Source of the DNA: Cytophagales bacterium
GTDB lineage: Bacteria; Bacteroidota; Bacteroidia; Cytophagales; JAHDFW01
NCBI GenBank assembly: GCA_020627945.1
Contig: JAHDFW010000001.1
Location: 5,603-69,602 of the forward strand
Direction: 5' to 3'
Length of the DNA stretch: 64,000 bases
The notes under the pieces were generated by a model. It saw nothing but the letters and a program-made list of their open reading frames with translations. It was not told where the DNA came from and did no database searches. Position numbers and translations under genes: made by a program. This document shows positions 9,342 to 18,478 of the stretch, piece after piece; position 1 is the stretch's first letter, and each line of letters opens with the position of its first letter.

Positions 9342-10823
9342 ATGAACACTAATACTTTCAATTCCATTATCCTTGCTTTCGGTTTGACAATATTCAATCT
9401 GGCAAGTGAAGCCCAAGAATACAAAAGAAACACCTTCGACTACGTAAATTTAGCCTCCGAAAATTTTCCAGAATGCAATGATGATACTTACGAAACCTTA
9501 GACAAGTCTTTACAAGCGATTCAACAAAATCAAAGCAAGTTTGCAGTTTCTAATTCAGAACAAGTTTATAACAGCAACAAAGATTGTTTCGCCGTTTACG
9601 ACGTTTATGGCTATTCTTTATTTAGAAATGGTAAATGGTTCGAAGGACTTCAGATCATCGAAGAGGGAATTAAAAAATTTGGAAGTGTTCCTGAGTTAAT
9701 CAAAAGAAAATCAGATATGAGCCTGGAAATGGCACAGCTGGGCATTGGCCAAAAAAATATAGATGGAAACTCTGTTTATAAAAGCAATTCTGTTGAGTAC
9801 GAAGAAGAACAATTTATACTTGAAAATTATAAATCCGCACTGATTGATTTAGAATACCTAGCGGAAAACTATAATCGCGCAGAGGAAGTGTTTTACATCG
9901 CCAAAATTCATCAGGTGCTTGGTCAGTATGATAAATCCAATGAATGGTTTAACAAGCTTACTCAAGATGAAAAATATAAATACGAAGCTATTTTTAACAT
10001 CGCAGACAATTATATTTCTCAGAACAAACTAAAAGAGGCTGAAACTGAACTTAATAAAGTTTTAAAAGACAATCCAAAATCAGGTGTCATCCTTGAGAAG
10101 TTAGCTGATATTTATAGAAAACAAGGCGAAAAGGATAAAGCGAATGAATTTGAAATGCAAGGGATTTATTACAACAACATTCCTTATTTTTCTGATATAG
10201 AATATTCTGCAGAAAGTTATAAACTACTGATTCTTTTTGGAACCGATGAAGCATCCGCCCAGGAAAAAATCGATAAACTAAATGAGGTTTACAAACAAAA
10301 AGACCCTGCCTACACCACAGATCTTTGTCTTACCATTTTACTATTACATGCTAATCATGGTAATGGTGTCGAAGGCCGTGCAACTGAAATTTTAGAGAGC
10401 ATTGGGAAACCTGCGGTTGAGAAGGTAAACTTGCTTTTTCAACAAGATGTTTCAACGTGTACCATTACGTATCTCGGAGATGTGATGGCATCGGCTAAGG
10501 AAGAAAGCTCTTGGGAACTAATGACTCAATACCTACCCTACATTGCCAATATGCCTATGACATTAATCCCACCAAATTTACCAGAAAAAATGATTAAGTT
10601 TGATGAGCAACGAGGTCTTATAGAAATCTTAAAAGTTGTGAAACCTCTTCTTGACCCATCATCCGAAGAAACTGATGATCCCATGGCCGAACTTGCAGGT
10701 TTTGGTCAATATGTGTACTACTCAGCATTAAAGGATATCAAAAAATCTAAAGTCAAGAAAGTTGCAAAAGAACTCAACTACACCGATAAAGAGTTAAATC
10801 TACTAGAAAAGAAGCTTGAATAA
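9342..10823 (+). CDS. Secreted TPR-repeat protein
   Basis: The ATG at 9342 gives a signal peptide, MNTNTFNSIILAFGLTIFNLASEAQ. TPR-like helical repeats are present (AEEVFYIAKIHQVLGQYDKSNEWFNKL, YEAIFNIADNYISQNKLKEAETELNKVLKDNPKS). The ORF-track start at 9327 lies inside the upstream terminator. Confidence 0.7.
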   Translation: MNTNTFNSIILAFGLTIFNLASEAQEYKRNTFDYVNLASENFPECNDDTYETLDKSLQAIQQNQSKFAVSNSEQVYNSNKDCFAVYDVYGYSLFRNGKWFEGLQIIEEGIKKFGSVPELIKRKSDMSLEMAQLGIGQKNIDGNSVYKSNSVEYEEEQFILENYKSALIDLEYLAENYNRAEEVFYIAKIHQVLGQYDKSNEWFNKLTQDEKYKYEAIFNIADNYISQNKLKEAETELNKVLKDNPKSGVILEKLADIYRKQGEKDKANEFEMQGIYYNNIPYFSDIEYSAESYKLLILFGTDEASAQEKIDKLNEVYKQKDPAYTTDLCLTILLLHANHGNGVEGRATEILESIGKPAVEKVNLLFQQDVSTCTITYLGDVMASAKEESSWELMTQYLPYIANMPMTLIPPNLPEKMIKFDEQRGLIEILKVVKPLLDPSSEETDDPMAELAGFGQYVYYSALKDIKKSKVKKVAKELNYTDKELNLLEKKLE

Positions 10824-10927
10824 GTTATCAAACCTATTTATTGTAAAAAACACAATATTCTTATTGAACCCATCCAATAAATATATTTTTTTTGTAATTT
10901 GTACACCGAAATTAAAAATCTTTAATC

Positions 10928-13381
10928 ATGAAAAAAATTTTTACGTTTATAACCATTTTGATGACCATGTTTGTTTCGAAAGGACAAAATGTGGTAGAAT
11001 TTAGTTATGATTTGCCTTGGGTTGGATATTCCAATGTATTCGATCATCCAAACGATGGAGGAGGTTATCTTTGGGGTAGTGCTTGGGCCGTAGAAGACTT
11101 GCAGAGCATTGTTGATTCTACAGGTAATAGCCTTACACTCTATCCAAACTTTAGTACTTATTCACAAAACCTTACAGATCCATATTGGGTTAACCAAGTG
11201 TCAGGGGAAGGTAACAAAGTGCTTGAAGCATCTACCTATGTTGAATTTGATTCAACATATAATAACATAGACTTACTCTGGATGGGTAACGTAGAAGAGT
11301 TTACGATTGACACCAGTAAATATAAAGTTAATGTGTTCATTAAAGCTTTGGATCCAAGTAACTTTTGGCAAGATGCTCTTCTTGGATCAAAGACGGTACC
11401 TCTTACAGGTACTGGAAATTTTTCATTAAGTGCTTTAGCTTCGGAGCTGCCTTCTGGTTTGGTTATACAAGTAGGGTTCAATGTTATTGGCCTTAACGCT
11501 GATTCGGCTCTTGCAGGTGTTCTTGGAAACGTAAAAATTGCACCTCCTTCCAATGTTATTGAATTTAACACTAGCGAAAATTGGATTGGATATATGAATG
11601 TATTTGAAGTTCCTTCAAATGGTGGAGCTTTTGCATTTGGAACTGCATGGGGAGTTCAAGATTTAAAATCTACTTTTGATACGGTGTATAACTGTGTAAA
11701 ACTGCAGCCAAACTTTAATACTTATGCCAATAATCCAACCGACCCTTATTGGGTAAATCAAACAACTTTGGAAGGTAATAAAGAAATGGAAGCATCTACC
11801 TATTTAGATTTAGACACTTCTTATAATGGACATGGGTTAGTTTTTGAAGGTTATGTACAGCATCTTACTATAGATACTACTCTTTATGATGTTAACTTTT
11901 TTATCAAAGCACTTGATCCGAGTAATTCTTGGCAAGATGCACTCGGTGGTTCCAAAATAATTCCAATCACCAGCACAGGTTATTTCTCTATTAGTGCAAC
12001 TGCAGCAGAAATGGCTCCAGGTCTTGTACTACAAGTTGGCTTCAATGTAATCGGGACCAATGCCAACCCAGCCGATGAAGCAATGCTTGGTTCAGTAGTC
12101 ATTGGTTCAGGCCCAGACACAGTAGCACCTGTTCCACTAGTAGCATCTCTTCCTGGTTTAATGGATATGTGTCCTATTACGCCAATCGCTCCTAAAGCAC
12201 TTGACAAAGGAGATACTATAGTTGCAACCACGATGACCTCTTTCCCAATTAGTGAACTAGGAACTACGGTTGTTACTTGGACGTACACTGATGGTGCTGG
12301 TAATACTAGCATGCAAAATCAAAATGTAACTATATCTGGAGTTACGAAAATGCTTACAGAAAGTGCTTGTGAAAGTTATATGTCTCCATCTGGTAAGACT
12401 TATACGATGTCCAATACTTACATTGACACCCTAATCGTAGATAATGACTGTGATACGATATATACTATTAATCTAACCATTAATAGTCCGTCGGACACCA
12501 TGCTTACAGAAACGGCGTGTGATAGTTTTTCATTTGCAGGTATAACTAGAACTTCTACGGGTATGTATTATGATACATTGATGAACCAAAATGGTTGTGA
12601 CAGTATTGTTACATTAGATTTAACAATCAATAACTCTGCTTCAACTATGCTAACCATTAGTGCTTGTAATAGCTACGATTTTGGTGGACAAACAATAACC
12701 ATGACGGGTATCTATTACGACACCTTAATGACTTCTACAAATTGCGATAGCATTGTAACGTTAGACTTAACAATCACTACGTTTGTTGAAACTAACTTAA
12801 CGGAAACTGCCTGTGACAGTTATGAATTTGGTGGAGAAACATTAACCATGACTGGCATCTACAGAGATACATTATCTACTGGTGGAGGATGTGACAGTAT
12901 AATTATTCTTGATCTTACTATTAATGGTGCGATGGCAGCAATCACGTTAAATGGTGAAACCCTTGTAGCAGACTCTGCTGAGTCATATGAGTGGTTAGAC
13001 TGTAACAACTCGTTTAATATAATAAGTGGTGAAACTGGGATGAGTTATTCTCCGACAACCTCTGGAAGCTACGCAGTCTTAGTTTATAACAATGGTTGTG
13101 CTGATACTTCTGCTTGTACTGAAGTAATGTTTGATGGAATTGAGGATTTCGAAAATAGTGTAAGAATTTACCCTAATCCAACAAATGGTACAATCAACAT
13201 TGATGTGAGTCAAGCAAATAATGCTACTATTCAGGTAATTAATGCGTTTGGTCAGCTTATTATGACTCAAGACAATGTTGCCACACAGCAACAACTAGAA
13301 ATCGAAGGACCTGCAGGAATATACTTCGTAAAGATCAATAGCGAAGATAAAACGGCAACCTTTAAAGTGACGAAGTACTAA
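10928..13381 (+). CDS. T9SS type A cargo, adhesin-like: 2 x ~190-aa unknown module, Ig/HYR-like domain, 4 x Cys repeats and C-terminal sorting domain
   Basis: It has a signal peptide. There is an internal duplication (residues ~20-210 and ~210-400 align). An HYR-like stretch VVTWTYTDGAGN is present. The C-terminus is YPNPTNGTINIDV...GIYFVKINSEDKTATFKVTKY. It is a paralogue of 38568-39872. Confidence 0.85.
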   Translation: MKKIFTFITILMTMFVSKGQNVVEFSYDLPWVGYSNVFDHPNDGGGYLWGSAWAVEDLQSIVDSTGNSLTLYPNFSTYSQNLTDPYWVNQVSGEGNKVLEASTYVEFDSTYNNIDLLWMGNVEEFTIDTSKYKVNVFIKALDPSNFWQDALLGSKTVPLTGTGNFSLSALASELPSGLVIQVGFNVIGLNADSALAGVLGNVKIAPPSNVIEFNTSENWIGYMNVFEVPSNGGAFAFGTAWGVQDLKSTFDTVYNCVKLQPNFNTYANNPTDPYWVNQTTLEGNKEMEASTYLDLDTSYNGHGLVFEGYVQHLTIDTTLYDVNFFIKALDPSNSWQDALGGSKIIPITSTGYFSISATAAEMAPGLVLQVGFNVIGTNANPADEAMLGSVVIGSGPDTVAPVPLVASLPGLMDMCPITPIAPKALDKGDTIVATTMTSFPISELGTTVVTWTYTDGAGNTSMQNQNVTISGVTKMLTESACESYMSPSGKTYTMSNTYIDTLIVDNDCDTIYTINLTINSPSDTMLTETACDSFSFAGITRTSTGMYYDTLMNQNGCDSIVTLDLTINNSASTMLTISACNSYDFGGQTITMTGIYYDTLMTSTNCDSIVTLDLTITTFVETNLTETACDSYEFGGETLTMTGIYRDTLSTGGGCDSIIILDLTINGAMAAITLNGETLVADSAESYEWLDCNNSFNIISGETGMSYSPTTSGSYAVLVYNNGCADTSACTEVMFDGIEDFENSVRIYPNPTNGTINIDVSQANNATIQVINAFGQLIMTQDNVATQQQLEIEGPAGIYFVKINSEDKTATFKVTKY
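12347..12937 (+). repeat. In-frame tandem coding repeat, 4 copies (150, 147, 147, 147 nt)
   Basis: The units start at 12347, 12497, 12644 and 12791. The consensus is TMLTETACDSYxFGGxTxTMTGIYYDTLxxxxGCDSIVTLDLTIN, with two conserved Cys per unit. Confidence 0.85.
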
Positions 13382-13410
13382 CAGCTTCAATAACATCATT
13401 TAATAGAGTA

Positions 13411-13446
13411 AAAACGGAGACTTTGAAAAAGGTGTCCGTTTTTTTC
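13411..13446 (+). terminator. Rho-independent terminator-like hairpin
   Basis: AAAACGGAGAC pairs with GTGTCCGTTTT with one mismatch. A T-run follows. It lies 30 nt after the stop at 13381. Confidence 0.6.
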
Positions 13447-13596
13447 TTTCTACCGTTAGAACAAAGTAAAGTTTATGATTGTATAGAAACCAAGGGAAAT
13501 ACAATCGATTAATTGACATCATAATTGGACAATTATATATTATTAAACTTTATATTAATTATATTTAATGCTTTCAAAACTTCCATCGGTCATTTT

Positions 13597-14130
13597 ATGA
13601 AAGGAATTATCCTAAAATCTTATCTTCAACATGTGGAAAACAGCTATGGTATTGAAGTACTTAATTTGGCAATAGATCGCTGCAAACTGGAAAGCGGAGG
13701 GTTGTACATAAACATGCTTACCTACAACGATGAAGAAATCAATTCTTTAATTACAGAAACTTCTTCAATAGTAAATAAATCTGCTAATCAGGTTGAACAA
13801 GAATTCGGAAACCACTTCTTTAACGACTTACTAAATGAATATGGTAGTTATTTCGAGAAATCCAATATGAAGGATTTTATCCACTATTTAAACAACTATA
13901 TACACCCCGAAATTGATTCGTCCATTGATGGAGCAATAACTCCCAAATTTAAACTGGATGAACGTAACGACTATTTTATTTTAACGTATACCAGTGAAAG
14001 AAAAATGTCCTATTTCGCTTTGGGATTACTTTTGGCTTGTAATAATTATTTTGATAATGAATACGAGATCAAATTGTCTGAGATTAGCGGAAAGAATACT
14101 TATTTTGAATTCCATGTATGTCATCAATAG
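13597..14130 (+). CDS. H-NOX (haem NO/O2-binding) sensor protein
   Basis: The protein starts MKGIILKSYLQHVENSYG at the ATG at 13597. A proximal-His context is present (LNNYIHPEI). The haem-propionate motif YxSxR is intact (LTYTSERKMSYFALGLL). The stop overlaps the downstream kinase start by 13 nt. Confidence 0.85.
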   Translation: MKGIILKSYLQHVENSYGIEVLNLAIDRCKLESGGLYINMLTYNDEEINSLITETSSIVNKSANQVEQEFGNHFFNDLLNEYGSYFEKSNMKDFIHYLNNYIHPEIDSSIDGAITPKFKLDERNDYFILTYTSERKMSYFALGLLLACNNYFDNEYEIKLSEISGKNTYFEFHVCHQ

Positions 14131-16478
14131 AGGAGGAATATAGAAAAGCATATCAGCGAGAAAAAAGATATAGAGAAGCTATAGAGCAAATCTTCCATAA
14201 AAAGATTGAAGAACTAACCGCTCAAAACACACAACTTCTTGGAGAAAACGAGCATTATAAGCAGCTTGAATCATTCGAAGCAAACTTTCCCGAAAATTTC
14301 GATTTGACATCGGAAAACCCTTATCCCATAATAAAACTTGACCTCAATCTTAATGTTGTTTATGCTAACACCTCTGGATATCAAATAATAATTGAATATA
14401 ACGGCAACCCGAATACATTCAATATTTTAACCCCAGACCAATTCAACTTCCTACGAAAAGAGCTTCATTTCAGTAAAAAATTACATCTAAAGAAAAGAAT
14501 CTTCGAGCTAAACATTAATCTTTCCAAGAATTCGGAAATTCTAATATTTGCTACGGATATTACCGAAAAAGCAGAAGTAGAATATAAACTAGCTGAGACT
14601 GAAAACACGTATAAAACACTTTTTAAAACCGCTAATGTAATTGTTTACAAAGTTAACTTAGAAGGGAATTTCACACTCATAAACAACAAAACTATTGAAA
14701 TCGTCGAGTATTCGGAATTGGAGTTGTTAAATATGAATTTCATCAATCTTGTTCATCCGGATTCCAGGCGAACTGTTCTTTTACATTATCTCAAGCTAAT
14801 TAGAAGTCGCACCAAATCAAGTTATTTGGAATTCAGATTACTTACCAAATCTGGAAAATCTATTTGGGTGGGGCAAAGTGTTACTCTAAAATTCATGGGC
14901 AATGAATTCACTGAAGCTATTGCCGTTGCTAGAGATATCACTGAGGTAAAAATCAATGAAATAGCATTAAAAAACAGTGAGGAAAAATATCGTAAGACAA
15001 TAGAAAATTTGCATTTCGGACTAATGGAAGTAGATACCAATGAGCATATCCAAAAAGTAAATAATGCTATGATCGATCTTACGGGGTATACCGAAGAAGA
15101 ACTTATAGGCAAGCAACCCTTCCAGTTCCTTCTAACTGATGAATCCAAAAGAGTAATGGAAGAACAAATTACTAACCGCTCTAAAGGAAATTCGAATGCT
15201 TACGAGGTTCAACTAAAACGTAAAGATGGAGCATTACGTTGGGCTATGATTTCGGGAACACCAATATATGATGAAAATAATATAATGATTGGTTCACTAG
15301 GTATCCATGTGGATATTACCGATCAAAAAGAGACGGTAAGCAATTTAAGAATCGCTGAAAACAAAGCTTTGGAATCTTTAAAATCGAAAGAAATTTTCCT
15401 TGCAAAAATGAGTCATGAACTGCGCACACCTTTGAACGCAATTCTTGGATTCTCCGAAATAATCCAAAACAATTATCCTGATAATGTAGAACTCAAAAAT
15501 CAAATTAACCCAGTTTATACTTCTGCTCAGCATTTGCTGAATTTAGTAAACGATTTATTAGACTTCACTAAGTTGAATCAAAGTAAGATCAAACTGGAAA
15601 AGATAGGATTTGATATTTGCAAACTCTCAAAAGAGGTAGAAAATCTATTCAAACAGCCAGCAAACCAGAAAAACATTCAGTTGATTTTCAATTTACCTGA
15701 GAATTCACCTTTCGTTTCTGGAGACCCTACAAGAATAAGACAGATCATCACCAACCTTGTTAGCAACTCTATTAAATTCACACAAGATGGCTATGTGAAA
15801 TTCCACTTAAGCTACGAATCCAAAGGCGATCAAGTTGTGACAAAAATTATGGTTGAAGACTCAGGAATTGGAATAAAACCAGAAAACTTAGAGCGAATTT
15901 TCAAAGAGTTTGAACAAGAAGACATTGGAACAACAAGAAATTTTGGTGGTACTGGGTTGGGTTTACCTATCGTAAAAGGTTTGGTAGATGCTATGAATGG
16001 TTCAATAAAAATACGAAGTGAGTTTGGCTCAGGAACTACGGTTGAGCTTATCATTCCACTACATAAAGCAACAACTCCAAGCGAGAAAACTGTAAGTGAA
16101 GAAATAAACGACCCAAATCAACTACATGGGCATAAAGTTTTAGTTGTAGACGATCACCCATTTAACTTAATGTTGGCGCAGAATATGTTAGAAGCGTTTA
16201 ACGCAGTGCCGACAGTCGTAAGCAGTGGAATTGAAGCAATAGATCGCATTGAAGAAAATTTCGACGTAGTTTTAATGGATATTGAAATGCCTGAAATGAA
16301 CGGGATTGAAACTACAGAAATTATTAAAAGAACTACTCCTAACCTTCCTGTAATTGCAGTTACCGCGGACCTAGTCGGAGGGCATGCTGCTAAAAAAGAT
16401 TTGTTTTCAGGGTTTCTAGCTAAACCTTATAGTGCTGTTGAATTGTACAACATAATAGCCAAAGTTACCCTACAGTAA
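14118..16478 (+). CDS. Hybrid sensor histidine kinase (coiled-coil, PAS repeats, HisKA, HATPase_c, C-terminal REC)
   Basis: H-box MSHELRTPLNAILGFSE. N-box ITNLVSNSIKFT. G-boxes DSGIGI and GGTGLGLPIVK. The receiver is KVLVVDDHPFN...VLMDIEMPEMNG...IAVTAD...LAKP. PAS-like segments are seen (ARDITE, GIHVDITDQK). Confidence 0.9.
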   Translation: MSSIEEEYRKAYQREKRYREAIEQIFHKKIEELTAQNTQLLGENEHYKQLESFEANFPENFDLTSENPYPIIKLDLNLNVVYANTSGYQIIIEYNGNPNTFNILTPDQFNFLRKELHFSKKLHLKKRIFELNINLSKNSEILIFATDITEKAEVEYKLAETENTYKTLFKTANVIVYKVNLEGNFTLINNKTIEIVEYSELELLNMNFINLVHPDSRRTVLLHYLKLIRSRTKSSYLEFRLLTKSGKSIWVGQSVTLKFMGNEFTEAIAVARDITEVKINEIALKNSEEKYRKTIENLHFGLMEVDTNEHIQKVNNAMIDLTGYTEEELIGKQPFQFLLTDESKRVMEEQITNRSKGNSNAYEVQLKRKDGALRWAMISGTPIYDENNIMIGSLGIHVDITDQKETVSNLRIAENKALESLKSKEIFLAKMSHELRTPLNAILGFSEIIQNNYPDNVELKNQINPVYTSAQHLLNLVNDLLDFTKLNQSKIKLEKIGFDICKLSKEVENLFKQPANQKNIQLIFNLPENSPFVSGDPTRIRQIITNLVSNSIKFTQDGYVKFHLSYESKGDQVVTKIMVEDSGIGIKPENLERIFKEFEQEDIGTTRNFGGTGLGLPIVKGLVDAMNGSIKIRSEFGSGTTVELIIPLHKATTPSEKTVSEEINDPNQLHGHKVLVVDDHPFNLMLAQNMLEAFNAVPTVVSSGIEAIDRIEENFDVVLMDIEMPEMNGIETTEIIKRTTPNLPVIAVTADLVGGHAAKKDLFSGFLAKPYSAVELYNIIAKVTLQ

Positions 16479-16623
16479 CCCCTTCTACAAGTTTCTAATT
16501 TGGACAAATTCTCTAAATGAGAATTAAAGATCCGACAAAAACAGTCCTAGTTATGTCTATTAACACATTTAGACATCTGACATGAAATTTGCACTATTAT
16601 TACTTAAAAATAGGATTAAAAAT

Positions 16624-17067
16624 ATGAGAACAGTAATAATAGATGATGACCCGTTTTTCGCAGAGGTATTGGCACAAAAGCTCCGTTCTTTTGGACTTAG
16701 CACTGTTAAAATAGTTTCTAATTTGGACGAGTTAAAAAGAGCAAAAACTAAACCTGAAGTTTTCTTTATTGACTATCATTTAAAACGAGGGAACTGTAAT
16801 AAGTTGATAAGGTATATTGAAAAACAACACTATTCATCCAGTATTATTGTAATGAGTGCCAATAGCAATGCACCTAAGCTACTTGAATCTAAGAATCGTT
16901 ATTATTTCTTTCCTAAATCGAAATTCAGATACCTCAAGTACCAGATATATGATATCAAAGAAAATATTCTGAGAAGACAAAAGGCACAAAACTACATAAA
17001 GGCCATCTATTTTTCCATCATAATAGCAGTAATCTACTTTTGCTTATATTGGTTAATAAATAGTTAA
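16624..17067 (+). CDS. Single-domain response-regulator receiver with C-terminal transmembrane anchor (REC-TM)
   Basis: The receiver residues are present: MRTVIIDDD, FFIDYHL (phospho-Asp), IVMSA and FFPKS. A basic or coiled segment and a terminal TM helix (AIYFSIIIAVIYFCLYWLI) follow. An alternative ATG lies at 16582. There is no output domain. Confidence 0.7.
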   Translation: MRTVIIDDDPFFAEVLAQKLRSFGLSTVKIVSNLDELKRAKTKPEVFFIDYHLKRGNCNKLIRYIEKQHYSSSIIVMSANSNAPKLLESKNRYYFFPKSKFRYLKYQIYDIKENILRRQKAQNYIKAIYFSIIIAVIYFCLYWLINS

Positions 17068-17076
17068 AGTGAGTTC

Positions 17077-17107
17077 GGGATAAGAATTTTATCTGAGTTC
17101 TTATCCC
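17077..17107. terminator. Hairpin between convergent genes (possible bidirectional terminator)
   Basis: A perfect 10-bp stem pairs GGGATAAGAA with TTCTTATCCC, with an 11-nt loop. It sits between the stop at 17067 (+) and the stop at 17164 (-). Confidence 0.55.
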
Positions 17108-17163
17108 TAACCCACGCTAGTTAACTAATTCCTGCAATTCTGGTTGACATACCAGTCTTATTC

Positions 17164-18366
17164 CTATTCTTCATAAAACATTTGAGAATGCTTTTGATGT
17201 GCTAACCCTAAGCTAATCAGCTTGCTATAACTAACCTCCGAAAGCTTACTCCAAACCGAAGTTTTTCTATACTGATAATCAAACATATAGATTAAACTTG
17301 CATATTTCTGGGCAATAACTTCCCAGGTATAACGTCTCATCGCAATTAATTTAAGCTGCTCTCCAAGGACTAACCGTTGCTTATAGGTGTATTGTTGAAG
17401 AAGGGATTTTAGATGAACGGCGTCCTTGAAGAAAACAGCTATATTTTCAGTGGTGGCTCTATTATATGAAACATCGTATGCAAAAATGGGCAACCCTAAA
17501 TACATGGCTTCTACTAGAGAAGGATTTGTACCTCCTGCACTATGTCCATGTATATATAATTGGCAATTACCTCTTAGTAAATCTAATTCACGCTGGTCAT
17601 AAATTGGATCTAATAAAACAATATTTTGGGAGTTGGAATAATCTAAGAAAAGTGCTTCTCCATACGGGCTTGCCGACCAATTACCGACAACTACAATCGG
17701 CATTTCAGAATGTTTATGAAATGCTTCTAATATCACGTGCACGTTATTTTCTGGCTCAATTCGACAAACCTTAAACGCATAAGGTCGTTTTAAAAAATCA
17801 TACTTTTCAAGATCTTCATTCGTAGGCTGAGTTGACATGACATGATCTGCCCCATATTCGATTAGGTGACTTAGGGTCTTATAATTAATAGCCGTATATT
17901 TTTTTATTGCGATGTTATCCGTAATGTCAGCATCGGAAAACTTAACGGCAAGAAACTCCGAAATTTTAAGGAACTTTTGAATAGGCTTGCTCCATTTCTG
18001 ACGTCTCCATTCCAAACCATCTATATTAATAATTATCTTCTTGGAAGTAAACAGCTTCACCAAGGGCAAGATAATACCCCCAGACACTCCTAATACCAGC
18101 AAAGTGTCCGCATAAAACAAAGCATGCAGGATAGAAAGAATATCATAGAGAATACTTGAAGCACCATTTGCATTTAATGGAAGATGAAACAAGCGTGCAC
18201 CCTTCCAGTACTTTTTTCTTTCTGCTTTAGGATAATATTTATTGCTGCAATAGACGTAAAGGTCGAATTCCAGACTTAACTGATTTACTAAGTGATGAAC
18301 CAATGTCTCAAAACCTCCATATCTTGCAGGTACACCTGCAGTTCCAATAATTGCTACTTTTCTCAT
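17164..18366 (-). CDS. Glycosyltransferase with DUF1972 N-terminal domain (GT4-like)
   Basis: The N-terminus MRKVAIIGTAGVPARYGGFETLVHHL is the DUF1972 signature. The C-terminal GT1/GT4 region contains GGTNPSLVEAMYLGLPIFAYD. Confidence 0.8.
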   Translation of the reverse strand: MRKVAIIGTAGVPARYGGFETLVHHLVNQLSLEFDLYVYCSNKYYPKAERKKYWKGARLFHLPLNANGASSILYDILSILHALFYADTLLVLGVSGGIILPLVKLFTSKKIIINIDGLEWRRQKWSKPIQKFLKISEFLAVKFSDADITDNIAIKKYTAINYKTLSHLIEYGADHVMSTQPTNEDLEKYDFLKRPYAFKVCRIEPENNVHVILEAFHKHSEMPIVVVGNWSASPYGEALFLDYSNSQNIVLLDPIYDQRELDLLRGNCQLYIHGHSAGGTNPSLVEAMYLGLPIFAYDVSYNRATTENIAVFFKDAVHLKSLLQQYTYKQRLVLGEQLKLIAMRRYTWEVIAQKYASLIYMFDYQYRKTSVWSKLSEVSYSKLISLGLAHQKHSQMFYEE

Positions 18367-18478
18367 ATCCCTTTATTATTACTTTAGGCCAATTTTATTC
18401 CAACAAGCATAACTACTGATTATCTGCACTTTACAAAAACAAATCTCTAAATCCATTCTCAAATCGAGACTCATTTAC

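Noticed and set aside
10816-11004. A 62-aa ORF overlaps the end of the TPR gene and the start of the adhesin gene.
   Set aside because: It is out of frame with both neighbours and consists of AT-rich spacer translation. The signal-peptide-bearing ATG at 10928 explains the region.
11236-12312. Two antisense ORFs of 111 and 110 aa (11236-11571 and 11980-12312, minus strand) lie inside the large adhesin gene.
   Set aside because: Both lie wholly inside, and antisense to, a well-supported 817-aa CDS with clear domain structure. Their translations are low-complexity with no motifs. The same reasoning applies to the other nested or antisense track ORFs. On the minus strand these are 314-499, 727-972, 2990-3172, 3757-4053, 5531-5725, 5979-6173, 7148-7351, 13079-13294, 14822-15148, 15830-16054, 29750-29971, 37357-37602, 39035-39322, 42887-43087, 44573-44791, 46551-46733 and 51514-51720. 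On the plus strand these are 2049-2249, 17466-17774, 20087-20335, 22193-22570, 25037-25301, 28707-28934, 29466-29666, 32002-32211, 36167-36355, 36651-36935, 49519-49722, 53996-54493, 54853-55197, 56063-56245, 57216-57401, 57881-58230, 58948-59468 and 61895-62080.
12347-12937. The periodic 147-nt repeats could be mistaken for a CRISPR array or a non-coding minisatellite.
   Set aside because: The repeats are contiguous with no spacers. They are in frame within a long CDS, diverge mostly at the protein-neutral level, and encode a conserved two-Cys peptide unit. No cas genes are present.
16490-16728. An exact 16-nt direct repeat, AGTTTCTAATTTGGAC, occurs at 16490-16505 (spacer after the kinase) and 16713-16728 (inside the REC-TM gene).
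   Set aside because: For about 2e9 position pairs in 64 kb of AT-rich sequence, about one exact 16-mer coincidence is expected. There is no flanking similarity or secondary structure to support a functional element.
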